Positions 1 through 7,942 of a DNA stretch of 55,180 bases are shown here, one piece after another. The number at the start of each line of letters is the position of its first letter. Within the stretch, counting starts at the first letter, position 1. The position numbers and the translations under genes are program-made. Below the pieces are notes generated by a model. The model made no database searches. It had not been told where the DNA came from and worked only from the letters and a program-made list of their open reading frames with translations. This stretch comes from Candidatus Kaiserbacteria bacterium (GTDB taxonomy: Bacteria; Patescibacteriota; Minisyncoccia; Phycocordibacterales; UBA918): the NCBI GenBank assembly GCA_016204695.1, contig JACQKD010000007.1, positions 1 through 55,180 on the forward strand, in the 5' to 3' direction.

Positions 1-26
1 CCTTTTCGATTCCTCTGAAGCCCCTG

Positions 27-72
27 TCGACACAAATTTCCCCACGCATATGCGTGGGGGCTTTTGTGTCGA
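27..72. terminator. Long hairpin downstream of tRNA-Arg(TCT)
   Basis: Perfect 20-bp palindrome ccccacgcat|atgcgtgggg (40-59) inside outer arms tcgacacaaa/tttgtgtcga, directly 3' of the minus-strand tRNA. Confidence 0.55.
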
Positions 73-75
73 GGG

Positions 76-147
76 TGCCCCCGCGAGGAATCGACCCTCG
101 AATAGCGGCTTAGAAGTCCGCAGTTATATCCATTTAACTACAGGGGC
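76..147 (-). tRNA. tRNA-Arg (anticodon TCT)
   Basis: Reverse complement GCCCCTG-TAGTTAAATGGATATAAC-TGCGGA-CT-TCT-AA-GCCGC-TATT-CGAGG-GTCGATT-CCTCG-CGGGGGC-A folds as a cloverleaf. Confidence 0.9.
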
Positions 148-260
148 GAGCGAAGAGGATAATGAGAGTTTACTCGCATTATTTCTCTGAGCGAAGACCC
201 TGTATGCATTTAGCATACGAGGGCGAATGTCGCTCGTTTTCCACTCTACTTACATCTCCC

Positions 261-656
261 TTATTCCGCAACCGTCTCATCGATACTCGTCGGCTTCGTC
301 GACGTCGCGGTACTCGTCGCAACTTCCTCATCTGCGTCCGGCACTACCGCAGAAACGTTTCCGCCCAGCGACTCGTATGCTCTTTTGCGCACGCGGTATT
401 TCTCGAGCGTGCGAGTGATCAACTTCTGGTCGTACGAGACCTCCTCGATCGCCACATCGTATGCCTCGGTTACCTCACTGCTCTTGTACCAATACAGATA
501 TCCCGTACCGCCGCCTACCGACAAAAAGAGCGCCGCCGCGACAAAAAGACCGATGAGCCAGTCGCGCGCCGGATGCATGATGCGGCGGTCGGCATGACCT
601 TCGCTTCGGCGAAGAATGTGTTTTGCTATGGCAAAGATACTGCGCTTCTCAATCAT
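261..656 (-). CDS. Single-TM hypothetical protein, last gene of the pilMNO-like operon
   Basis: Follows pilO on the same strand and has one hydrophobic segment (WLIGLFVAAALFLSVGGG). The start is uncertain (656 or 722). Confidence 0.6.
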   Translation of the reverse strand: MIEKRSIFAIAKHILRRSEGHADRRIMHPARDWLIGLFVAAALFLSVGGGTGYLYWYKSSEVTEAYDVAIEEVSYDQKLITRTLEKYRVRKRAYESLGGNVSAVVPDADEEVATSTATSTKPTSIDETVAE

Positions 657-731
657 GGTTACTTGGGTACGTGAGCGGTTAAATGAACATGTGCGTGCAT
701 ATATATCGTGCGTGTCATTCAAACGAGTGGC

Positions 732-1265
732 TTACTTATACTTGGTCACATAGAGCCGATACGAGCCGCGCCACAGAGTCGTATCTTGTTCATCGCTCGC
801 CCGATCGACGAACGCACTGCGTACCTGCACCTGGTACGGCAACGTCTCAAATAGAGAGAGCATCTCGATCACCGATGAAAAGGAGCCAAGCACGCCGACT
901 TCAAGCGTCAGATACTCGAACGTATCACTCTCCTCGATAGCTTCCACCGCAAGCGAGCGCGTCTCCGTCGTCACACCTTTCGCACGTCCGAGTGCGCCGA
1001 TGATCGAGAGGAAGTCGACCACCGTGTCTTCGGTAAGAATAAATCCCGACAGCTCTGCGCGGTCGGCCGCCGTCTCGTCGGCAAGACGACCGAGCGACTT
1101 CGCCTCTTTTTCCGTAGCAATACGGAGTGCGCGCGCCGCAAGCCGTTCTTCGTAGACACGGTCTTTCCGCCAGGTCAGAAAGCCCATGCCGCCCGCCGCT
1201 CCGAACGCCAAAAGAAACACAAGAATCGAGAGGATGCAGAACCGCTTTGTTTCGGGTGTATACAT
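732..1265 (-). CDS. PilO-like type IV pilus assembly protein
   Basis: N-terminal TM, coiled coil and ferredoxin-like C-terminus (LEVGVLGSFSSVIEMLSLFETLPY), downstream of pilM/pilN. Confidence 0.7.
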   Translation of the reverse strand: MYTPETKRFCILSILVFLLAFGAAGGMGFLTWRKDRVYEERLAARALRIATEKEAKSLGRLADETAADRAELSGFILTEDTVVDFLSIIGALGRAKGVTTETRSLAVEAIEESDTFEYLTLEVGVLGSFSSVIEMLSLFETLPYQVQVRSAFVDRASDEQDTTLWRGSYRLYVTKYK

Positions 1266-1271
1266 AGTATC

Positions 1272-1820
1272 TTATGTCTTCTTCTCGGCGAGCACGATGG
1301 TAAGCGTAAACGGCAGTTCTCGATCGGAAGCGAGATCGGAAACCGGCACCTCCGCTCGCGCAAAGAGCGGATTACGCTCAAGCGCGGCGGTGAACTGCGC
1401 GAGCGCTTCCCGCGTCGATGCCGTACCGCGCACCGTTACAGCATCGGGTCGCCCAACGGCACGCTCGTACGAAAATCCGTAGATAACGATGGCGTCGGTC
1501 TGGGACTTTCGCACTTCGGTGAGAATCTGCGACGGTGTCGGACCCGAATACGAAACCGCGAGCTGGAGCGCAAGATCATGCGCTCCCGAAAGCGCTTCGC
1601 GCGTCGCAAGATACTGTTCGGTATCCGACTCTTTTTCCAAAGTAATGATCTCTTGGGACAGCGCATCAAGTTGGCGTATGAGAAGCACATACGTCGGCCC
1701 GAGGAGCGCCGCGCCCACCGTCGCGACAGCAGCAAGCAGTAGCATCCATACGCTCACAACACGCGTAAAGTATTCGCGCTTGACGGCTTGTTTCGCTTCG
1801 GGAGAAAGAAAGTTGATCAT
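1272..1820 (-). CDS. pilN: PilN-like type IV pilus assembly protein
   Basis: MINFL N-terminus, TM helix, VTVRGTASTREALAQF...LERNPLF pattern; overlaps the pilM stop. Confidence 0.75.
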   Translation of the reverse strand: MINFLSPEAKQAVKREYFTRVVSVWMLLLAAVATVGAALLGPTYVLLIRQLDALSQEIITLEKESDTEQYLATREALSGAHDLALQLAVSYSGPTPSQILTEVRKSQTDAIVIYGFSYERAVGRPDAVTVRGTASTREALAQFTAALERNPLFARAEVPVSDLASDRELPFTLTIVLAEKKT

Positions 1821-2917
1821 ATCGATTCTTGCTCGATGCTATCGCGTAAGGCCAGACCGATTGCCGTCGCATACCCATACGAATACCGCAGACTGATCGG
1901 GGGGACGGCCCCGGACGGCAAAAAAACATTGCGCCACACATCCACCCGCTCGGCCTCGATGCCAAGTGTCTCGGTGAGGTATTCGGGAAGCCCCGCCATA
2001 TTGACGCTACCGCCGCAGAGGATGATCTTCTCGATCTTCCGTTCGCCGGAGGAGGCATTGCGCGTATTCCAATAGACGAGACGCGTCGCAATCTCGTCCC
2101 GCAGGGCGGCTACCGGAGACAAAAGCGTCTCGTACACATCATCTTTTTTCCCGCTGGCAAGGAGGCCGCGCTCATTTTTGAGCTCGGTGATCGCGGCCTC
2201 GTCGAGATCGTTGAATTGCCGCCGGAGTACCTCGCTGAATTGCTGGCCGCCGATGTCGATCGTCGAGGTGTAGAGCAATGTCTGTTTCTCCACGATGCCG
2301 AGTCCGCTTCGTACCCTGCCGATGTCGAGGATCATGGAAACACCCTTCTCCGTGCGCGGCACTGCGGCCCGAGCGATGGCGTCCGCTTCGACTTCAAGTG
2401 AGAGCGCCATCAGCCGCGCTTTTTTGCATGCATCATAGTAGGTGAGAATCGTCTCTTTGGCATAGACGGCGACACCGATATGCAAGAGCTGGTCGTCGGT
2501 CTCGTCTTCCACAATTTCATAATCAAAAAACGCATCTTTCGGTGAAAGCGGCACGTTTTCTTCCATGCGAAACTCGAGCAAGTTGCGAATGTCTTTTTCG
2601 GGCGTCCCGCGCTTGATAGTCGTCTCAAACAGGTAGGCGCGCTCTTCCGGGAGTGAAACGCGAATGTACGGCGTACCGCACACGGCGCGAACTTTCTCAA
2701 GCGCCTCGACCAGTCCGCCCACCTCCGCGATAGTACCCCGCACGACCACGCCCGCAGGCAGGGGGATGTCTCCCCAGTGAACAAGCGTGCGCGAGGAATT
2801 CTCGGTGTGAAATTGCACATACTTCAGCGACGACTCGGAAATGTCGACGCCCACGCTCGGCAATGTCATAAAGCGCGGCGGCGGGAATATGGCGGCGATG
2901 CGCGAAAGTGCGAACAT
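1817..2917 (-). CDS. pilM: Type IV pilus assembly protein PilM (actin-like)
   Basis: VGVDISESSLKYV, ILDIG, IDIGG, IILCGG and AIGLALR motifs. Confidence 0.9.
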   Translation of the reverse strand: MFALSRIAAIFPPPRFMTLPSVGVDISESSLKYVQFHTENSSRTLVHWGDIPLPAGVVVRGTIAEVGGLVEALEKVRAVCGTPYIRVSLPEERAYLFETTIKRGTPEKDIRNLLEFRMEENVPLSPKDAFFDYEIVEDETDDQLLHIGVAVYAKETILTYYDACKKARLMALSLEVEADAIARAAVPRTEKGVSMILDIGRVRSGLGIVEKQTLLYTSTIDIGGQQFSEVLRRQFNDLDEAAITELKNERGLLASGKKDDVYETLLSPVAALRDEIATRLVYWNTRNASSGERKIEKIILCGGSVNMAGLPEYLTETLGIEAERVDVWRNVFLPSGAVPPISLRYSYGYATAIGLALRDSIEQESI

Positions 2918-2980
2918 GCGTACAGTATACGATGCGCGCCGCGCAAACGCAGTACGTAAAATGCACAGATGCGGCGCGCG

Positions 2981-3307
2981 CTAGATCACGCGCGTACCCG
3001 CAGGCAGGTCGTTCGACGGAAGCAGGAGTGCAAATGTATCTTCGTGATGCGCCGCAAGCAACATGCCTTCGCTTTCCAGACCGCGGATCGTGCGATGTGC
3101 AAGATTGGTGAGAAACGGGCACTTCTTTCCGACAAGCGCCTGCGGGTCTGCGAAGAACGTGCGAATGCCCGAAATAATCTGACGCGGCCGCTCCTCGCCG
3201 AAATCAACAGTGAGTCTCAGAAGTTTGTCCGCGCCGTCGACTACGTCGACGGCGCGTATCTCCCCTATCGTTATCTCCAGTTTTGCAAAATCGTCGTATG
3301 CAATCAT
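2981..3307 (-). CDS. tRNA-binding OB-fold protein (Trbp111/CsaA/MetG C-terminal family)
   Basis: DDFAKLEITIG, ADKLL, RQIISGI, NL...IRGLESEGMLLA motifs. Confidence 0.9.
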   Translation of the reverse strand: MIAYDDFAKLEITIGEIRAVDVVDGADKLLRLTVDFGEERPRQIISGIRTFFADPQALVGKKCPFLTNLAHRTIRGLESEGMLLAAHHEDTFALLLPSNDLPAGTRVI

Positions 3308-3693
3308 AGTGTCTGTTGGTTGCGAGTGATATAACTGTCCAAAATAAGCGCGGCGGCGGACGCATCGGTCGCGGACGTACGACCCTGGATGCGTAGCGCG
3401 GCCTGGGTGCTGAACTGCTCCGGTTCAAGATACACCGGCACGGACAGCGCCTCGCGCAGGGCCGCGACAAATGCATCAATATCTTTCTGCACCTTGTTCG
3501 GTGCGCCGTCGAGGTCGTGCGACTTGCCGACGACAATGCCACCCACACCTTTGTCTTTGCACAACTCGCCTACGCGCGCAATGAGCGAATCATCGTTCCC
3601 GTATGTCGCATGGGGAAACGCCATTGCGCCATCCTCATCGGTAAGCGCAATCCCCACCCGCTTCGTCCCATAATCAATCCCCATAAGCCGCAT
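3304..3693 (-). CDS. yqgF: YqgF/RuvX family pre-16S rRNA nuclease
   Basis: GIDYGTKRVGIALTD, EQFST, DASAAALIL motifs. Confidence 0.92.
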   Translation of the reverse strand: MRLMGIDYGTKRVGIALTDEDGAMAFPHATYGNDDSLIARVGELCKDKGVGGIVVGKSHDLDGAPNKVQKDIDAFVAALREALSVPVYLEPEQFSTQAALRIQGRTSATDASAAALILDSYITRNQQTL

Positions 3694-3778
3694 CGAAAAA
3701 GCATAGCATATGCCGCCACATATGCGCTTCGGAGAATATTTGCTACTATCAGAATCGCTGATACTGATAAGTTGGACT

Positions 3779-3861
3779 GGAGGGGTGTGCCGAATGGTAA
3801 GGCAGCGGTCTTGAAAACCGCCGGGAGCAATCCCTTGCAGGTTCGAGTCCTGTCCCCTCCG
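3779..3861 (+). tRNA. tRNA-Ser (anticodon TGA)
   Basis: GGAGGGG...CCCCTCC-G acceptor, GCGGT-CT-TGA-AA-ACCGC anticodon arm, long variable arm, GTTCGAGTC T-loop. Confidence 0.95.
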
Positions 3862-3953
3862 CTAAATGAGAAATGAGGTCATCGGCTCACAAGCCGTTTT
3901 TCTGAGTTGAAAGAATTTGCCGTCAAAGAGCAGAATCAGCTAAAATAATAAGC

Positions 3954-4358
3954 ATGGCAAAGTGGAGAAAAACAATTAGTCTAGACGAATACAATGAGAC
4001 ACTGAAGCCTGGTGGGGAGTTAAGCTGGGGAGATACTGTTCCCTTTGAGGCTGTTAGAACGCCTGAAGGGACTGAATGGGTAGCGTGGCATTGTGATAAT
4101 TTCCCCATACACTCTGCAAGAGACGCTCGTGGAACAATGTATATTCAAAGAAACGACTGCGGGCATTGGAATTTCTACGTGTATGATATTCGTGGATATG
4201 ATAGCGAAACTATAACCATCGACTCTCTGGGGGAAGAAATAACTGAAATTCCCCATGCAACCGTAAAGAGAATAGAAGAGATACCAGAACGCTTCAGAAA
4301 CTCAATGCCAGAACATTATAGGGTAAGGTTGGAGTATCTGGTAAATCAAGACTCCTAA
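3954..4358 (+). CDS. Hypothetical protein, AT-richer insert after tRNA-Ser
   Basis: 134-aa ORF with TTGCCG-18-TAAAAT ending 7 nt before the ATG; no recognisable motif. Confidence 0.65.
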   Translation: MAKWRKTISLDEYNETLKPGGELSWGDTVPFEAVRTPEGTEWVAWHCDNFPIHSARDARGTMYIQRNDCGHWNFYVYDIRGYDSETITIDSLGEEITEIPHATVKRIEEIPERFRNSMPEHYRVRLEYLVNQDS

Positions 4359-4527
4359 AAGATTCTCTAGTATTTCTAGAAGTCTGTCGCCAAAGAACAA
4401 CTTGAAATCGTCCTTTCCGTTCCGATTCAGGGCGAGGCGAGCGAAGGGGGGAATTCCGCCCGCCCAGCCCAGCCCGTTCCGTTCGGATATTTTCAAACAG
4501 ACACCGTAGATTTAACCCGAGTTGGAA

Positions 4528-5730
4528 TCACTCTTCTTCACTTGTGCCGATGAGGCGTTCGGCGTTTTTGTGGGCGTACTTTTCTTGGACCGAGGGGTCG
4601 AGGCGGCCGATGAATGCGCGGGTGTAGTCGTTGAGCGCGATGGCGACGTCGAGGTCGAGCGACCACAGCGCGCTTCCCCCACGGTCGGTCCCCCAGAGCA
4701 CTTGGTCGGGATGCGCTTCGATAAAATCCTTCCACGTCGCCAAATCTTTTTTGAGGAGCGGCTCGTACTTTTCCAAATGGGTGAAGAATTTCTCTTTGGG
4801 GATGTCATGCCGCAGGAGCCACACGTCGCCATAGAGCTCGTCGACGCCGTAATACGCATTGGGATGGCGCTCCAGTATTTCGGCGATGTGCGATAGGTTT
4901 TGCTTGCCGCCTTCCCCGTACGGAATGAGTTGGTCGCCGTGCCAGATGAAATTGATATCGGGATTTGCCGAGAGGACTTTTTCAAAGCTCTCTTGCTGTC
5001 CTTGTCCCAAGTGGAAGTAGACCAGCAGTTTGTCTTTGCGCACCACCGGGTAAATGGCGAGCAGGCGCGAAGAGTCGGGAGGAAGCTCCGGTGCGCCAGT
5101 CGGGCCGCCGTGGTCGCCGCGCGCATAGAGACCTATCTCGCCATATCCTTTGAATAGACCGGGGACCACCTTGAGCATGTTTGAAAGTATGTCCGCCGTC
5201 ACCGTCGGGAAGCCGTCGGGACGGTCATCGCGGTCCGGCGGCATCAGAAACGGCACGAAACGGTCGGGATACCGCTCCATGGTCTTATCCACCACATCCA
5301 CGGATTCCGAAATAATCGGCTCCCACACCGGGAAAAAGGTGAACGCCTTGCTCGTACCCTCGGTATCCATCATGCAGACGTAATCCGCAATCGTGAGATT
5401 GACTCCGAGCGTCGGACGAAGCTCATCAGATGCAACGGGACCGTCCGGTATCGGCGCCATGTGGACGTGCGTGTCGACCATCGGCCCGAGATAGGACGAG
5501 CGGTACGGATGGCGTTCGGGCGGCGGCGGACAATTCGTCTCTTCCAAGGGTTTTCCAAGGGCGGCGGACACCCGGGTGTCCCAGACTTGCCCTATGACAA
5601 AAGACGCGTACGCCGACATGCGCCGTATCGCCTGCGCGTCCATCCTCCGCCACAGATGCACGCCGCCAAGAATAACCGCCACCACAAGCAATCCTCCAAG
5701 CACATACGCGCTTCGCCGATAGATACTCAT
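4528..5730 (-). CDS. Membrane-anchored amidohydrolase-family (TIM barrel) protein
   Basis: N-terminal TM, DTHVH metal motif, GYGEI, FH, WHG and WGTD motifs. Start reassigned to the ATG at 5730. Confidence 0.8.
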   Translation of the reverse strand: MSIYRRSAYVLGGLLVVAVILGGVHLWRRMDAQAIRRMSAYASFVIGQVWDTRVSAALGKPLEETNCPPPPERHPYRSSYLGPMVDTHVHMAPIPDGPVASDELRPTLGVNLTIADYVCMMDTEGTSKAFTFFPVWEPIISESVDVVDKTMERYPDRFVPFLMPPDRDDRPDGFPTVTADILSNMLKVVPGLFKGYGEIGLYARGDHGGPTGAPELPPDSSRLLAIYPVVRKDKLLVYFHLGQGQQESFEKVLSANPDINFIWHGDQLIPYGEGGKQNLSHIAEILERHPNAYYGVDELYGDVWLLRHDIPKEKFFTHLEKYEPLLKKDLATWKDFIEAHPDQVLWGTDRGGSALWSLDLDVAIALNDYTRAFIGRLDPSVQEKYAHKNAERLIGTSEEE

Positions 5731-5898
5731 GCGCCTATGGTAACGTGCGCTCGCGTCCTTGCCTATGCCCCGCAGTGCATATTCCGCCGCGATACGGAAG
5801 ACACTCTGGTATGCTTGTATGTGGGTTGTGTTGATTGTGTCAGATGTTGACACGTGATCGCGCCGACACAACCGCCGATCTGCCACCGACCGAATGAC

Positions 5899-6768
5899 AT
5901 GCCTCATTTCCTTGGAATATTATTTGCATTTGTCGCTCTGATCTCTTGGGGATTTGGAGATTTTTTCATACAGCAAACCATTCGAGCCATCGGGAGCTGG
6001 AAATCGCTCTTTTTTATCGGTGCGACCGGTTTCGTCGCGCTGTTCCCGTTTGTGTACGACGACCTGTTCGTCCTTGACGCGATGGATCTCCTTCTGCTTT
6101 GCGTACTTGGCATCGTAGTCCTCTTCACGACGCTCTTCGACTTCGAGGCGTTGCGCGAGGGAAAGATTGCCGTCGTCGAGCCGGTCATCGGACTCGAACT
6201 GCCGATCACCGTAGGCTTAAGCATGACCGTGGCGCGCGAATCGCTTTCCTTGTCGCAGATATTCGTCATCGGATTGATTTTTATCGGGATCATGTGTGCG
6301 ATCACCACTCATTGGACACATCTCCACCACAGACGAATGCTCGAAAAAGGGATCATTCTCGCCGGCATGGGCGCCATCGGCATGGCGCTTTGCAGTTTTC
6401 TTGTCGGTATCTCAAGCCGGAGCATATCGCCACTGGTCACCATTTGGTTTTCGCACTCGCTTTTGGCGGTCGTATGTATCGCGTATCTTGCCGCCGCGAA
6501 GGAGCTTCCGTCGCTCGTTTCGAGTATGCGGAAATATCCGAGATTGATCCTTAGTCAGAGCGTCCTCGACAACGCCGCATGGGTCGCATTCGCGACCGCG
6601 ACGACATTCGTCCCGATTGCGATCGCCGCAACCATCAGCGAGAGCTATGTCGCGCTTGCGGTACTGCTCGGTATCTTCGTCAATCGAGAGAAACTGAAAC
6701 CACACCAACTCGCGGGAATACTGCTTGCGGTGGCGGGCGCGATAGCACTCTCGTATATTTCCTCATAA
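5899..6768 (+). CDS. EamA/DMT family transporter
   Basis: About 10 TM in two repeats, WGFGDF and REKL motifs. Confidence 0.85.
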   Translation: MPHFLGILFAFVALISWGFGDFFIQQTIRAIGSWKSLFFIGATGFVALFPFVYDDLFVLDAMDLLLLCVLGIVVLFTTLFDFEALREGKIAVVEPVIGLELPITVGLSMTVARESLSLSQIFVIGLIFIGIMCAITTHWTHLHHRRMLEKGIILAGMGAIGMALCSFLVGISSRSISPLVTIWFSHSLLAVVCIAYLAAAKELPSLVSSMRKYPRLILSQSVLDNAAWVAFATATTFVPIAIAATISESYVALAVLLGIFVNREKLKPHQLAGILLAVAGAIALSYISS

Positions 6769-6857
6769 AACGAACGGTCGTTTTATGATTTTCCACCGTA
6801 TCTGCGGGCCATGTTGTGCACATATCCGCCGCATGCGCATGCTACACTGTATGCATC

Positions 6858-7328
6858 ATGGCGACGCAAGCACCGACGATCACATGGGAAGCGTTTGAGC
6901 ATCCGCATGTCGAAAAGAAGAGCGACTGGTATTGGGCGCTTGGCATCGTCGCCCTTGTCGGGGCGACGATCGCGGTCGTGTTCGACAATATTCTCTTCGC
7001 CATCGTCATTGTCTTGAGTGCGGTACTGATGGCGGTCGTCTCGACTCGCAAACCGTCGATCGTACCCTATGCGATCACGCCGCGCGGCATGCGCGTGGAC
7101 GACGAACTCTATCCCTACGCCACACTTGAGTCTTTTTGTATCGATGAAGAAGCACCGGCCGGACCGCAACTCATTCTGAAATCGACCGGCATGTTGCGGC
7201 CTCTCATGGTCATTCCCTTGCCACCCGAAGCGATCGAGGAAGTCGACACTATTCTCGCGGAGCGTCTTCCCGAGGAACATCTTGAAGAATCGCTCGCTCA
7301 CCGCCTGCTGGAATTTTTGGGATTTTAG
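6858..7328 (+). CDS. Conserved two-TM hypothetical membrane protein
   Basis: WEAFEH...KSDWYW, two TMs, soluble C-terminus ending LGF. Confidence 0.75.
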   Translation: MATQAPTITWEAFEHPHVEKKSDWYWALGIVALVGATIAVVFDNILFAIVIVLSAVLMAVVSTRKPSIVPYAITPRGMRVDDELYPYATLESFCIDEEAPAGPQLILKSTGMLRPLMVIPLPPEAIEEVDTILAERLPEEHLEESLAHRLLEFLGF

Positions 7329-7466
7329 GGTTATTGTGTGATGTGTGAGTGGAGGATTTTCCCTCTGGCTTGCTCCCTGTATAGCTTCGTGTATTTTCAC
7401 GAAGCTATCGGGAGCTCACTCAGACATCGGATGAGAGGCCTTCGGCTTCTCTCATCCTTCTCGTTC

Positions 7467-7538
7467 GCTCCCGTCGTTCAACGGATAGGACGCAGGCTTG
7501 CGGAGCCTGTAATGGTGGTTCGATTCCTCCCGGGAGCA
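7467..7538 (+). tRNA. tRNA-Arg (anticodon GCG)
   Basis: GCTCCCG...CGGGAGC-A acceptor, CAGGC-TT-GCG-GA-GCCTG anticodon arm, GGTTCGATTCC T arm. Confidence 0.93.
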
Positions 7539-7585
7539 CACATGCAAAAATGCCGGACAAAAGTCCGGCATTTTTGCATGTGTGC
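7536..7585. terminator. 23-bp inverted repeat between convergent tRNA-Arg and rpsT
   Basis: gcacacatgcaaaaatgccggac-aaaa-gtccggcatttttgcatgtgtgc. Confidence 0.8.
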
Positions 7586-7851
7586 TATTTCCCCATCCGC
7601 GCTATCGCGCCGACAAGCCGCGACTTCTTTCGGGCGGCGGTATTCGCTTTGATAACGCCGCGCTTTGTCGCCTTGTCTATCGCCTGATACGCCTGCGGCA
7701 CAAGCGCTTGTGCATCTTCTCTCTTGCCCGCCACAACCAGCTTGCGTACCTGCTTCAGCGCCTCATTCATCGTCTTTTTTCGACGCAGGTTAAACACATG
7801 CTTGTGCAGGGATGCTCGATGCGCTTTTTTCGCTCCTTTGGTGATTGCCAT
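7585..7851 (-). CDS. rpsT: 30S ribosomal protein S20
   Basis: MAITKGAKKA...IDKATKRGVIKANTAARKKSRL. Confidence 0.96.
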   Translation of the reverse strand: MAITKGAKKAHRASLHKHVFNLRRKKTMNEALKQVRKLVVAGKREDAQALVPQAYQAIDKATKRGVIKANTAARKKSRLVGAIARMGK

Positions 7852-7880
7852 ACTTGCCCGCCACTATAGCCCACGCACCG

Positions 7881-7928
7881 AAAAAACGCAATGAGTTCCG
7901 CCGCATGGCGGAACTCATTGCGTTTTTT
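7881..7928 (-). terminator. Intrinsic terminator of the surface-protein gene
   Basis: aaaaaacgcaatgagttccgcc-gcat-ggcggaactcattgcgtttttt. Confidence 0.85.
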
Positions 7929-7942
7929 GGCTTCCCCTGCGA

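Noticed and set aside
4302-4496. 64-aa minus-strand ORF or integrase remnant near tRNA-Ser
   Set aside because: No recognisable recombinase motif and no att duplication in the window.
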